Origin: a bacterium
GTDB lineage: Bacteria; Patescibacteriota; Dojkabacteria; JAKAPS01
DNA length: 64,000 nucleotides
Reading direction: 5' to 3'
Assembly: GCA_021806925.1 (NCBI GenBank)
Contig: JAKAPS010000001.1
Span: 1,237-65,236, forward strand
The position numbers and the translations under genes were made by a program. The notes beneath the pieces were generated by a model that was not told the origin of the DNA, made no database searches, and was given only the letters and a program-made list of their open reading frames with translations. Below are positions 33,212-43,628 of this stretch, in pieces. How positions within the stretch are numbered: position 1 is the first letter of the stretch; every line of letters begins with the position of its first letter.

Positions 33212-33858
33212 TCTTTATCCATATCATTAATTACAGATCTGAATCTGATCATTTCATTAAATCGCAGATGCTTCCATCTTGAAAAAGCAATTGTTATGAA
33301 AATAAATAAAATATCTATTTCAGGATATCTCAGTAGGAACCATTGAGGTATAAAAAGAACAACTATATATGCAAGTATTGAAAGGATTAATGTATTAAAA
33401 AACATCAAAAAAGCAACTTTATTACCAGTTGATTTAAACATTGAAGTTATAAATATCTCAGAAATGGATATATATATAACCATTTCTATTGGTGAAATTG
33501 ATGATATATTAACCAATTTGAAAAAGAACATGAAATATATAAGAAAAATGACACTAATCAAACTTACTATTACAGCTATTCTTGGTAGATAATGTAAATT
33601 GAATGATTTTGTATATGTTTTAAGAAAGAATGAAATTAAATACACAAAAATTAAAAACAAGCTACCCTCAATTCCTCCACTCCCGTTTAAAAATGCAAAT
33701 ACAATAAGCATAGGTGTCTGAAAACCATAGGATTTGACTCCAACAACATTTCTTCCCATTGCAATAATTGAAGAAATAACAGGTATTAGTAGTAGATAAT
33801 AAAAAAGAGTTGGATTGGACACAAAAGCAGTTTGTATAAAACTTTCCATTTTTATCAA
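33208..33858 (-). CDS. Polytopic (about 6-7 TM) membrane protein, candidate partner of the ATP-grasp/protease pair
   Basis: 216 aa. It overlaps the downstream gene by 4 nt, which indicates translational coupling. Confidence 0.45.
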   Translation of the reverse strand: MIKMESFIQTAFVSNPTLFYYLLLIPVISSIIAMGRNVVGVKSYGFQTPMLIVFAFLNGSGGIEGSLFLIFVYLISFFLKTYTKSFNLHYLPRIAVIVSLISVIFLIYFMFFFKLVNISSISPIEMVIYISISEIFITSMFKSTGNKVAFLMFFNTLILSILAYIVVLFIPQWFLLRYPEIDILFIFITIAFSRWKHLRFNEMIRFRSVINDMDKE

Positions 33859-33899
33859 GTCATATATAACAGATTAAGATAATTTATGCAATTGATAAA

Positions 33900-35093
33900 T
33901 CATTTAATATAGTCTTTGAAAATGCCTGCAATCTCCTTTGTTGTTTTCAATCTCCTTATTGCTTTTGATTCTATTTGCCTTATTCTTTCCCTCGTAACAT
34001 TGAATTCATGACCAACCTCCTCAAGTGTTCTACCAATACCATCTTTAAGTCCAAATCTAAGTTCTAGGACTTTCCTTTCTCTATCAGTAAGCGTTGAAAG
34101 AACATCCTCAATCTGCTCTTTAAGATATGCATAATCAGATATTTCAACTGGTGACATTGATTCTTCATCAGCAATAATATCACTCATATTTGAGGTTCTA
34201 TCTTCCCCTATCTTCGTTTCCAAAGATGTAGGAATTTGCATTATCTTAATTATTTCCTGAACTCTACTCTCATCAATACCCATTGTCTTCGCAATCTCTA
34301 ATGATGTCGGTTTTCTTTCTAATTTGATGGTAAGTTCATTAACAACCCTGGAAAGTTGATTTATCGTTTCTATCATATGAACTGGAACTCTTATAGTTCT
34401 AGCCTGATCGGCTATTGCTCTAGTTACAGCCTGTCTTATCCACCATGTAGCATATGTAGAGAATTTAAATCCTTTTTTGTAATCAAACTTTTCTACAGCT
34501 CTCATCAACCCCATATTCCCCTCCTGAATAAGATCAAGCAGGTCAAGCCCTCTTCTTTGATACTTTTTTGCTATACTCACAACAAGTCTTAAGTTTGCAG
34601 TAGTTAAGTAGCTTACAGCATCTTTATCACCCTTTTCAATACGCTTAGCTAAAATTACCTCCTCTTCACTTGTTAATAATGGAATTCTGCCAATCTCATG
34701 CAAGTATGCTCTCATAGGCTCATTTGCAACCGTGCTTTGAATCGATTTCAATATTTTTATCTTATCTTGCAGAGATTCTTTTGCATCAATGCTACTATCT
34801 GAATTTGAATCGCTTTTTCCTATAGCCTTTAGGTCAACAGCATTCTTGCCACTACTCTTTGATACTGGTTCATCATCACCTACACCAACTATTTCAAGGC
34901 CAATATCAAGAAGATTTGTTATCAACAAATCTATTTCAGGTACGAAATTTTCAACCTCTGGAAAAACACCCAACACATCGGATTGGGTTAAGAATCCCTT
35001 TTTCTTCGCTAAATTTAATAAGGAATCTAACCTAACTGAACTCTTTTTACTTATTTTTAGAGGTTGCATGTAAATACTTGTATTTGCTTTCAC
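33900..35093 (-). CDS. rpoD: RNA polymerase primary sigma factor (sigma-70)
   Basis: Region 2 ([53 protein letters not shown]), region 3, and the region 4 helix-turn-helix ([27 protein letters not shown]). Confidence 0.9.
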   Translation of the reverse strand: MKANTSIYMQPLKISKKSSVRLDSLLNLAKKKGFLTQSDVLGVFPEVENFVPEIDLLITNLLDIGLEIVGVGDDEPVSKSSGKNAVDLKAIGKSDSNSDSSIDAKESLQDKIKILKSIQSTVANEPMRAYLHEIGRIPLLTSEEEVILAKRIEKGDKDAVSYLTTANLRLVVSIAKKYQRRGLDLLDLIQEGNMGLMRAVEKFDYKKGFKFSTYATWWIRQAVTRAIADQARTIRVPVHMIETINQLSRVVNELTIKLERKPTSLEIAKTMGIDESRVQEIIKIMQIPTSLETKIGEDRTSNMSDIIADEESMSPVEISDYAYLKEQIEDVLSTLTDRERKVLELRFGLKDGIGRTLEEVGHEFNVTRERIRQIESKAIRRLKTTKEIAGIFKDYIK

Positions 35094-35126
35094 TGCATTA
35101 TATATTATATACGGAAAGTTGTCTAT

Positions 35127-35987
35127 ATGTTTTTTTATGATTCATTCCTTACACTAAAAGAAAGCTTAAAACTATTAAAAAAGAGAAAAAAGCTCGTTTT
35201 TCTCTCATTTATACTATCTCTAGCTGGATTTAGCCTTCAAAGCCAACCACTCCTTTTCATTGAATTTTCAAATAGAATATATACAGATAATTATTCTTTT
35301 TTAAAGGCTTTTATTGTATTTGCAATCGCTTCATGGTTTATTTCCCTTATATTATCAAGCTTTTTACTACCAAAAATGATATATATATTAAAAGCTAAGG
35401 ATAAAAATATTAGAAATACTAAAAACAGATATATTAGTAAGTTTACAAAGGCATTCCCTATTGTTTTTTCTTATTATATAGCCCTTATAGTTATTTCTGG
35501 AGGCGGAATAATATATCTAATTAATTTATTAATAAAATTAACGGTATCATCAGGAAATATATCCAGCTCATTCTTATTAAGCACAGATAGTAGACCTATA
35601 CTTGCTATATTCTTCACATTTGGCGTACTGTTGCAGGCATATATCTTTATACTATTTCTGTTTACACTGTTCTTTAGATTTGCAGACAGGAAAAAGTTCA
35701 CAGTATCTGTACTTTACGCAATTAACTTCATATCAAAAAGATTTTTTGATGTGCTAACAGGTTGGATATTACAGACATTAGTATTTATTGTTCCTACAAT
35801 TGCAATTATATTGTTCTTTGTAGATTTGCAGAATCTATATTCTGATATTCCATCACTATTAATTCCATTTTTCCTGTTAATGATTATAACGATGGTACTT
35901 TATTCAATGTTTGCTATAATAGTATCAATTTCCTATTGGTGGATATTGTTTAAGAAGTACAATAAGAAAAAAGTCTTTGTAAGATAA
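35127..35987 (+). CDS. Polytopic membrane protein, hypothetical
   Basis: Multiple TM helices. The start is moved to an internal Met to avoid overlapping the divergent rpoD start. Confidence 0.4.
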   Translation: MFFYDSFLTLKESLKLLKKRKKLVFLSFILSLAGFSLQSQPLLFIEFSNRIYTDNYSFLKAFIVFAIASWFISLILSSFLLPKMIYILKAKDKNIRNTKNRYISKFTKAFPIVFSYYIALIVISGGGIIYLINLLIKLTVSSGNISSSFLLSTDSRPILAIFFTFGVLLQAYIFILFLFTLFFRFADRKKFTVSVLYAINFISKRFFDVLTGWILQTLVFIVPTIAIILFFVDLQNLYSDIPSLLIPFFLLMIITMVLYSMFAIIVSISYWWILFKKYNKKKVFVR

Positions 35988-36030
35988 AAGATAATAAGTT
36001 AGATAATTACTTATTATTATTAAATATTTT

Positions 36031-36558
36031 TTACAACATATATGGATATGGATTAACAATAACCCAATTGTTATCCTCATTTTTATATATTTGATAATGG
36101 ACGTGAACTCCAGTTACACATACTCCAAACATTCCAGTTTCTCCTATTTGTGCTACTTTTTCACCGTAATGTATCTCATCACCTGAATGTATGTAGCTTA
36201 CTTTAATATGTCCAAGATAAATTATGTAGTTTAGATTTTTAATAATAACAGAATTTCCACCACAAACATCATAGTTATTATATCCTATGCCATTTATTGT
36301 TGAATATAGAAATGTATTTGATGCGTTTTTTGGGACCAGATCAATTCCCTCATGCTGATGATGAAATATCTTAAAGTATCTCGGATCATGAAAATATGCT
36401 GTTACAATATAGCTTCCATGTATCGGAGAACCATTAGGTCTACCGTTAGGCAAAAATATATATGATATGTTTTTAAAATAACCCAAGGAATATAGCAATA
36501 TCATTGTCACAATAACAATTACAAAGTATACTGCTATAATATATTTTATATTACCCAT
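36031..36558 (-). CDS. M23 (LytM-type) metallopeptidase with N-terminal anchor
   Basis: HEGIDL, GETG and HVHYQ match the HxxxD...HxH M23 zinc ligands. Confidence 0.7.
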   Translation of the reverse strand: MGNIKYIIAVYFVIVIVTMILLYSLGYFKNISYIFLPNGRPNGSPIHGSYIVTAYFHDPRYFKIFHHQHEGIDLVPKNASNTFLYSTINGIGYNNYDVCGGNSVIIKNLNYIIYLGHIKVSYIHSGDEIHYGEKVAQIGETGMFGVCVTGVHVHYQIYKNEDNNWVIVNPYPYML

Positions 36559-37163
36559 GATTCGTTTTTAACTAAATTCTGATCATCAACAGTCTCATAA
36601 ACTGTAAATGAGTTTATATTTGATACATAGTTTATTGTTATATCGGATTCTCCACTACCGTTGCTTGGAGAAGTGAACATTGTGTTACTACCATATATTA
36701 TTTTTGATATAACGCCAGAAACTGGGACGGAATTTGCAGTAGTTATTAATTGTACATTTATACTTCCTTTTTCAATTGTTATATTAATATTTAATTCTAA
36801 ATCTATTACTTCATTTGAATTTATATTCACTGAATAAACGTGGGCAGTTGGGTCAAGTCGGGGTGTCAAAGTCAACATATTCTTTGACAGTGAATGAAGC
36901 TGTGCTTGAACAATTGGAATCAGATTTTTTAAATCTGTTATATATTTTTCAGAAAAATAAACCTTTCCTATATCTAAAGTGTTTGCACTTGTATCTATCT
37001 TGTAACTTCTTTTTTCATTAATGACATATGTAATATTCTTTATTGAAAAATACAAAATTATATATAACACAATTAATATAAGAAGAATCCATGCAAATCC
37101 CTTTAATGGACTAGCCTGATATTCCTTTTTCCATGAGTTTGTACGCATATTGTACATATTCAT
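36546..37163 (-). CDS. Membrane-anchored hypothetical protein
   Basis: N-terminal TM followed by an extracytoplasmic beta-rich region. Confidence 0.35.
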   Translation of the reverse strand: MNMYNMRTNSWKKEYQASPLKGFAWILLILIVLYIILYFSIKNITYVINEKRSYKIDTSANTLDIGKVYFSEKYITDLKNLIPIVQAQLHSLSKNMLTLTPRLDPTAHVYSVNINSNEVIDLELNINITIEKGSINVQLITTANSVPVSGVISKIIYGSNTMFTSPSNGSGESDITINYVSNINSFTVYETVDDQNLVKNESWVI

Positions 37164-38151
37164 ATAGATTTGACACTATCCTGTTAATAACCGAGTTGAG
37201 AAGTACAGATATTGAGTTATATTTATCCATTAATACCATGTTAATTGACATTCCAAAATTCCTTTTATTACTAATATCTCTGCTGTATTTGTAAGAGGAT
37301 ATATTGTTCTTAGAATTATTATTAACTCTAATATTTACTGCGTTATTATTTACTATACTTGGAGTATTTGAAATACTCGTATAATTTGTTTTTGTTGATT
37401 CTGTTGTTTTCTGCAGTGCTTGTGCGGGTGTTGGAACTACTCTACCAACTTGAATGACATTTTTTGAATTTGTAAAATTATCAATTTCAAGTAGAGTTGC
37501 TAGCCCATTAGTTATCAATAAATTAGAAGATATATCAGTATCAAGACCATATATTTGTATTGAGTTACAATTCAAATCATTACAGTTCAACGTGTATTTT
37601 AGGGGTATATACACAGGATTATTCTTTGATACGCTTGATGTTGGAATTTGATATACCTCTAAAAATTTATATACATCAAAATTCAATGTATAGCTTGAAT
37701 CAGTTAATACAAAAGAGTTACCAGTGTTGCCTGTAACCTTCTGAATATCTATAGATGAATAATTCGAAAATCTATATTCTATTGCACCAGTAAAAACATT
37801 TTCTGTTCTATCATAAGCTAAGAATCCTTGCGGGTCACTAGATGAATACTGCCCATTACTGCTCTGGAAGAATAAAATGTAATAGTTATACGCATTATTC
37901 AATTCAGTTTGATCTACACTCAATAAATATCTATTTTCTTCTTTATTAAATGTCATTTCATATTTATATATACACGGACTTTGCACCTCTATACTGTCTG
38001 TAAAACATACATATGTTGGTAAATCAGAATACTGTGAATATACCTCAATAATTGTAGTATTTTGTAAAGCAAATACTATATTGCGTGAATAAAAGTTAGC
38101 AATTAAGATAAATATGAACACGAAAAACGATATTAATGTTATTCTAAACAT
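37111..38151 (-). CDS. Secreted hypothetical protein
   Basis: Signal/anchor helix followed by an Asn/Ser/Thr/Tyr-rich body. Confidence 0.35.
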   Translation of the reverse strand: MFRITLISFFVFIFILIANFYSRNIVFALQNTTIIEVYSQYSDLPTYVCFTDSIEVQSPCIYKYEMTFNKEENRYLLSVDQTELNNAYNYYILFFQSSNGQYSSSDPQGFLAYDRTENVFTGAIEYRFSNYSSIDIQKVTGNTGNSFVLTDSSYTLNFDVYKFLEVYQIPTSSVSKNNPVYIPLKYTLNCNDLNCNSIQIYGLDTDISSNLLITNGLATLLEIDNFTNSKNVIQVGRVVPTPAQALQKTTESTKTNYTSISNTPSIVNNNAVNIRVNNNSKNNISSYKYSRDISNKRNFGMSINMVLMDKYNSISVLLNSVINRIVSNLYEYVQYAYKLMEKGISG

Positions 38152-38291
38152 TAGTTTTCTATATATTTTCAGTTATTGGGGAAGGGGAATTTTTCCATTT
38201 CTCTTTTACAGGAATTTTAGAAAATATGCAAGTGCAATAAATTTTATTGCTTTGTTATAGTATTCTTTGATATAATTCTTTACAGTTATTT

Positions 38292-38522
38292 ATGGCAAAT
38301 CTACATGCATCAAAGAAAGATATTAGAAAAACAGTAAGAAGAACTGTAACAAATAAGAAACTTCTTGTAAAGCTGGATAAATCTCTTAAGCTTGCAAAAA
38401 AGAAGACTGAAGGGGCAATTGATAATTTGTACAGCGTTCTTGACAAAATGGTTAAGAAGAATATCATTAATAAGAATAAAGCATCAAGAATAAAATCAAG
38501 AACCGTAAAGAAAACCAAATAA
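38292..38522 (+). CDS. rpsT: 30S ribosomal protein bS20
   Basis: MANLHASKKDIRK...NKNKASRIKSRTVKK parallels E. coli S20 (MANIKSAKKR...HKNKAARHKA). Confidence 0.75.
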   Translation: MANLHASKKDIRKTVRRTVTNKKLLVKLDKSLKLAKKKTEGAIDNLYSVLDKMVKKNIINKNKASRIKSRTVKKTK

Positions 38523-38535
38523 GTAAAGAAAGACT

Positions 38536-39045
38536 ATGGTTTCAAAAACATTATTAAAATTGGTTGATGAAGCTGTTCTTCCATCTTTCCTTATTATTGG
38601 AGTAAAAGTTATATCAATAGCATTAATTACAGGACTTTTAAACATATCATTTTACTACCAAAACATTGGTGTAATTTATCTTGAGAAGTTTAGTAATGTA
38701 ATTTATGTTAACTCATATTCTGATTTGATAACATATTTTGTCATTCTATCTGGTGTGGTATTTATTCTTATAAAACTGTTATTTTTCACGCATAATAAAG
38801 TGAATCCTGAAGTGTATATGAGGCTAGCAAAGCATAATAGATTATCATTCATTCAATCCTTAAGCGAACTTTATCATATATTCTTTATTTGGTTAGGATT
38901 CCTGTTCCTAATGACAATATTTATGCTTGTTCGCTCATTACTACTAATTGACTATATACAATTAGGTATAATTGCAACAAGTGTTTTTGTCTTTCTTATG
39001 TTTATTACAGTAAAAGAAGTCGAGAAGGATTTAAGCAGAAGGTAA
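38536..39045 (+). CDS. Membrane protein, hypothetical
   Basis: Four TM helices. Confidence 0.35.
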   Translation: MVSKTLLKLVDEAVLPSFLIIGVKVISIALITGLLNISFYYQNIGVIYLEKFSNVIYVNSYSDLITYFVILSGVVFILIKLLFFTHNKVNPEVYMRLAKHNRLSFIQSLSELYHIFFIWLGFLFLMTIFMLVRSLLLIDYIQLGIIATSVFVFLMFITVKEVEKDLSRR

Positions 39046-39058
39046 AACACTTCACCTA

Positions 39059-39613
39059 TCACTCTTTTTCTACTTTATTTAAATGTATAAATGTTTTTCT
39101 ATGTAATTTGGATAATCCATATTTTCTAAGCATTTCAAAGTGATACTTACTTCCATACCCCTTGTTATTTCCAAAGTTATACACACTAAACTCATTCCTT
39201 TTTCCTACACTTGTCATAAAATTATCCCTAACAACTTTCGCAACAATTGATGCAGCAGATATTTCATATATCTTCTGATCACCTTTAATTATTGTTTCAC
39301 ATTTATCAGGTATATTTCTAAAATATCCATCAATTAAACATTTTGTCTCTCCGAAATATCTGTAAATTTGTTCAATGCCATCTTCTAAAACTACCTGAAT
39401 ACCTAATTCATCAATTTTTTTGTTATTAACCATTACAACAAATACTTCATGTGTCTTTAATATTTCTTTGTAAAGTATTTCACGTTTCTTTTGAGTTATT
39501 TGTTTAGAATCTCTAACCCCATAAATATTTATTCCGTTATATTTTACACCGCATATAGTAACTGGACCTGCTAATGGTCCCCTGCCTGCTTCATCAATTC
39601 CAACGTAATTCAT
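39059..39613 (-). CDS. rnhB: Ribonuclease HII
   Basis: MNYVGIDEAGRGPLAGPV active-site motif. The start is set at the internal Met that carries this motif. Confidence 0.85.
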   Translation of the reverse strand: MNYVGIDEAGRGPLAGPVTICGVKYNGINIYGVRDSKQITQKKREILYKEILKTHEVFVVMVNNKKIDELGIQVVLEDGIEQIYRYFGETKCLIDGYFRNIPDKCETIIKGDQKIYEISAASIVAKVVRDNFMTSVGKRNEFSVYNFGNNKGYGSKYHFEMLRKYGLSKLHRKTFIHLNKVEKE

Positions 39614-39800
39614 TGTTATTACTCTATTTAATATGTATAATAATATCAATGAAATCAATTGTAAATACATTGCTTGAATTAGTTTTAATTCTCGCTCTTA
39701 CTGCTCTTTTTACAATTCCTTTTATTGCTATGAATCATTTAACAGTTCATACAATAAATCCAATTGCCCAACTGCCATAAAGAGAGAATAAAAATTAATA

Positions 39801-41594
39801 ATGGAGAATGAATTAAAGATACGTAATTTTTGTATTATTGCACACATTGATCACGGTAAGTCAACACTTGCAGATAGATTTTTAGAATATACTCACGCTG
39901 TTGATGCTAGAAAAATGCATAGCCAATACCTAGATAATATGTCTATTGAACAGGAAAGAGGAATTACTATAAAATTACAGACTGCAAGGATGAAATATAA
40001 CGGGTATGTATTGAATTTAATTGATACGCCTGGTCACATTGATTTTAAATATGAGGTATCAAGAAGTATTGCAGCGAGTGAAGGAGCAATTCTTCTTATT
40101 GATGCAACTCAAGGTATACAGGCTCAAACTCTCACAACAGTTCTTCAGGCAATGGATGAGGGTCTAACAATAATACCTGTACTAAACAAAGTCGATGTTG
40201 CAAAAGCGGAAATAGGATTTAGATTAGAAGAAATAAAATCGATATTAGGATTTAATGAGAGTGAAGTAATTCTAGCTTCTGGAAGAACTGGTGAAGGTAT
40301 TGAAGAAATATTAAATAGAATAATAGAGAAAATACCTGCACCAAATAATATTATAAATGAATCAAAAGCACTTATATTTGATTCATTTTATGATGATTTT
40401 AAAGGAATAATATGTGTTGTAAGGAATTTTGGTAAAACAATACAATCCAACGAAAAATTATTTTTGTTAGCTACTGAAACAGAATTCCACCCAATTGAAA
40501 TTGGATATCTGTACCCAGAACTTGTTGAATCAACTTCTATCCTGCCTGGTGAAGTCGGATATATAGCTACTGGATTAAAAGATATTAGACTAGGGTTAGT
40601 AGGAGATACTATATCAAACAAGAAAAATACAGAACCATTACAAGGATATAAGAAGATAAAGCCGTTGGTTTTTTCAGGTATATTTCCTACAAAAAGAAAT
40701 GAATTAAAAGAATTTCGTGATGCTATAACAAAATTAAGTTTAAATGACAGTTCATTTAGTTTTCAAGCTGAAACACATCCAATTCTTGGATTTGGCTACA
40801 AGTGTGGATTCTTAGGCATGCTACATCTTGATATTTTTAAAGAAAGGTTGAAACGAGAGTGGGGAGTTGAAGTAATTTCCACGTTTCCAAATTGTGAATA
40901 TATTGTTAAATTTAAAGATTCAAAAGAAGAAAAAATACTATACTCTGCTGAAGAATTTGATATGGGAAATATTGAATACGTCAAGGAACCGATGGCAAAC
41001 CTTCACATATATACCAGAGATGAATATATTGGAAAAATAATGGAATATGTTATGTCTATAAGAGGAACATATATAAACACAAATTTTCAAGAATATAAAT
41101 TCTCAACTGGTAGTTTTAAAAGAGCTGAACTGGAATTTGAAGTACCATTAAATGAAATTCTTACAGTTTTCTATGATAATATAAGGAGCATATCTAAAGG
41201 GTATGCCTCTATTGATTACACTGTTAGTGAATATAAAGCATCTGATATAGTAAAACTTGATATTCTTGCAAATGGTGAACCTATAAATGCACTTTCACAA
41301 ATAGTACATAGGAATTTTGCAGTAGAAAGAGGAAAGAAAATTCTTGAATTAATAAAGCCGCTAATACCTAGACAACAATTTAAAATTATTCTGCAAGCAA
41401 GTGTAGGTAATAAAATCATTGCAAGAGAAACTTTAAGCGCATTTAGTAAAGATGTAGATGCTAAATTACATGGAGGAGATAGAACAAGGAGAATGAAACT
41501 ATGGGAGAAGCAAAAGAAAGGTAAGGAAAGATTAAAGAAATATGGTAAAGTTGAAATACCTCCAAGTATATATATAATAACAAGTAGAGTTTAG
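39801..41594 (+). CDS. lepA: Elongation factor 4 (LepA)
   Basis: IRNFCIIAHIDHGKSTL G1 motif, DTPGHIDF, NKVD, and the 597-aa length with the LepA-specific C-terminal domain. Confidence 0.9.
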   Translation: MENELKIRNFCIIAHIDHGKSTLADRFLEYTHAVDARKMHSQYLDNMSIEQERGITIKLQTARMKYNGYVLNLIDTPGHIDFKYEVSRSIAASEGAILLIDATQGIQAQTLTTVLQAMDEGLTIIPVLNKVDVAKAEIGFRLEEIKSILGFNESEVILASGRTGEGIEEILNRIIEKIPAPNNIINESKALIFDSFYDDFKGIICVVRNFGKTIQSNEKLFLLATETEFHPIEIGYLYPELVESTSILPGEVGYIATGLKDIRLGLVGDTISNKKNTEPLQGYKKIKPLVFSGIFPTKRNELKEFRDAITKLSLNDSSFSFQAETHPILGFGYKCGFLGMLHLDIFKERLKREWGVEVISTFPNCEYIVKFKDSKEEKILYSAEEFDMGNIEYVKEPMANLHIYTRDEYIGKIMEYVMSIRGTYINTNFQEYKFSTGSFKRAELEFEVPLNEILTVFYDNIRSISKGYASIDYTVSEYKASDIVKLDILANGEPINALSQIVHRNFAVERGKKILELIKPLIPRQQFKIILQASVGNKIIARETLSAFSKDVDAKLHGGDRTRRMKLWEKQKKGKERLKKYGKVEIPPSIYIITSRV

Positions 41595-41606
41595 TATTTT
41601 ATTTAT

Positions 41607-42542
41607 ATGAAGGAAAAGCTAAAATTAATATTAATAGAAATAAGACCGCTTCAATGGGTGAAGAACCTATTTTTATTTACATTCCTAATATTTTCAAGGC
41701 AGTTGTTTGTAGTTCACCAAGATTTAGTATTGATAATTGCTTTTATATCATTTACATTCCTTACATCTGGAATATATATTTTCAATGACATCTTTGATTA
41801 CCCCTTTGACAGAATAAATGAACAAAAGAAGAACAGACCTATTGCAAGCGATAGGATATCAAGATCAGAAGGTTGGAAGCTTTTCATATTATTTACATCT
41901 CTTGCATTTATAACAAATTTAGTATTTAGACTTGGTGAATATTTTCTTCTAATCGAATTAATGTATTTTGTATTAATGGTAAGCTACAGTGTGTATTTCA
42001 GAAATATAGCAATCATTGATTCTTTAATAATTGCTATGGGCTTTGTAATTAGAATAATAGGTGGAGCTTTTGTGATTGGAGAAACTCAATTGTATTCATG
42101 GATAATAGTTGTTGTAATCTCATTATCTTTATTAATTTCAATTGGAAAAAGAAAGTCAGAAATGACTATGTTTGAAAACACTGCTCATCTTCAAAGGAAG
42201 GTTCTTGGAAAATATTCAGAAGATTTCCTTAATTCTCTTCTTTCAGGTCTATTTGCAACTACATTTTTAGCATATGTTCTTCTAACTTTTCAAATGGATA
42301 TATCTAAGAATATATTTAGTACTACACTATTTTTATTACCAAAGAACATAGCAAGAAGCCCACACTTACTAAAATTAACTATTCCTATTGCATTCTATGG
42401 CCTTGCAAGATATATGTATATAATCTACCAAAAGAAAACAGGAGGAACTCCTGAAAAAGCTTTATTTACAGACATTCCTCTTGTAGTAACTGCTATTATC
42501 TTTGTTTTGAGTGTAATATATCTTCTTTATGCAGGGAAATAA
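41607..42542 (+). CDS. UbiA-superfamily prenyltransferase (decaprenyl-phosphate phosphoribosyltransferase-like)
   Basis: NDIFDYPFDRINEQK (NDxxDxxxD Asp-rich motif) and about eight TM helices. Confidence 0.65.
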   Translation: MKEKLKLILIEIRPLQWVKNLFLFTFLIFSRQLFVVHQDLVLIIAFISFTFLTSGIYIFNDIFDYPFDRINEQKKNRPIASDRISRSEGWKLFILFTSLAFITNLVFRLGEYFLLIELMYFVLMVSYSVYFRNIAIIDSLIIAMGFVIRIIGGAFVIGETQLYSWIIVVVISLSLLISIGKRKSEMTMFENTAHLQRKVLGKYSEDFLNSLLSGLFATTFLAYVLLTFQMDISKNIFSTTLFLLPKNIARSPHLLKLTIPIAFYGLARYMYIIYQKKTGGTPEKALFTDIPLVVTAIIFVLSVIYLLYAGK

Positions 42543-43464
42543 GATCTTGTATAAGTATTATATAAATAAATATTCAATATTTTTATTTATTTCCTTTCTA
42601 ATATTCATAACCATATATTTAATATACAATATTACTTACTTAAATAAAGTTGAAGCACAAACTACATCTACATCATCAAATAGCCTTCAAGTATATGTAT
42701 ATATTTTTAATGTTGATTATACAAATACACAAACTGAATCTGATGAACTAGAAAAATTTTTAACAGCAGAAAACATATCCCTTCCATGCTATTATTCAAT
42801 GTATTGGAATGGAAATATACTTAATGGAACATATACTAACAATGACAATATACTAGATGGAAATAGCGTTGGCATTTGTGTATTTAAACCAACTGATAGT
42901 ATGTTCAGCGGGTTAACACAGAATAATATTATTAAATATTTGAATAATATTAATTATTTAACTGGAGTAGGCTTATCAGATATCCACATAGAAAATGCAA
43001 ATTATACTCTAAACAATGATAATACAATATCAATGTTCTACACTGACTCTATAAATTACAAGAATATGATATTTATGAGATTGAGTGGAAATATTAAAAA
43101 TGAAAGCAATCCTATTCCACCTAAAATCAATATAAATAAATTGAGTGTTTCATATAATGAAAATAATAGTGTTGTTTTAGATGTTGCATTTAAATCTATA
43201 GATAACACATTTTTATATAACAATGTTTATTTACATACAACAAACTGTTCAATCAACTCAAATACATGGATAAGTAAATATGTGTCTAATAACGTTATCC
43301 CCGCAAACAATAGTGCTGAAATATCAACATCATTCTCACCCCCTAAACATGTTAATGAATGCAAATTCTATATTAGTGGAGAAGGAGGTGACGTTAAAAA
43401 TACCTATTTCGAAATATTATTTAACAACAATACAAATAGCATATCATCAAAGATAATTAATTAA
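42529..43464 (+). CDS. Secreted Asn-rich hypothetical protein
   Basis: N-terminal TM/signal followed by an Asn/Thr/Ser-rich body. Confidence 0.4.
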   Translation: MQGNKILYKYYINKYSIFLFISFLIFITIYLIYNITYLNKVEAQTTSTSSNSLQVYVYIFNVDYTNTQTESDELEKFLTAENISLPCYYSMYWNGNILNGTYTNNDNILDGNSVGICVFKPTDSMFSGLTQNNIIKYLNNINYLTGVGLSDIHIENANYTLNNDNTISMFYTDSINYKNMIFMRLSGNIKNESNPIPPKININKLSVSYNENNSVVLDVAFKSIDNTFLYNNVYLHTTNCSINSNTWISKYVSNNVIPANNSAEISTSFSPPKHVNECKFYISGEGGDVKNTYFEILFNNNTNSISSKIIN

Positions 43465-43628
43465 ATTTACCAAATACTATCTTTGATAGTTCCTTTCATA
43501 GGGTATTATAGATTTTTCAATAATTGAAAATTCTATTCTGACAACAAAAAAATAATAAATTTATTGCAATAGAAAGATAATAATTCTCTGAAATTTATTT
43601 CTTCAATTACAAATGCAATTAATTTAGG

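Noticed and set aside
35064-35126. N-terminal extension of the membrane protein ORF starting at 35064
   Set aside because: It would overlap the divergent rpoD start codon region by 30 nt. The internal Met at 35127 is more plausible.
39614-39670. A 19-aa N-terminal extension of RNase HII (track start 39670)
   Set aside because: The conserved VGIDEAGRG active-site motif directly follows the internal Met at 39613, and the extension is hydrophobic junk.
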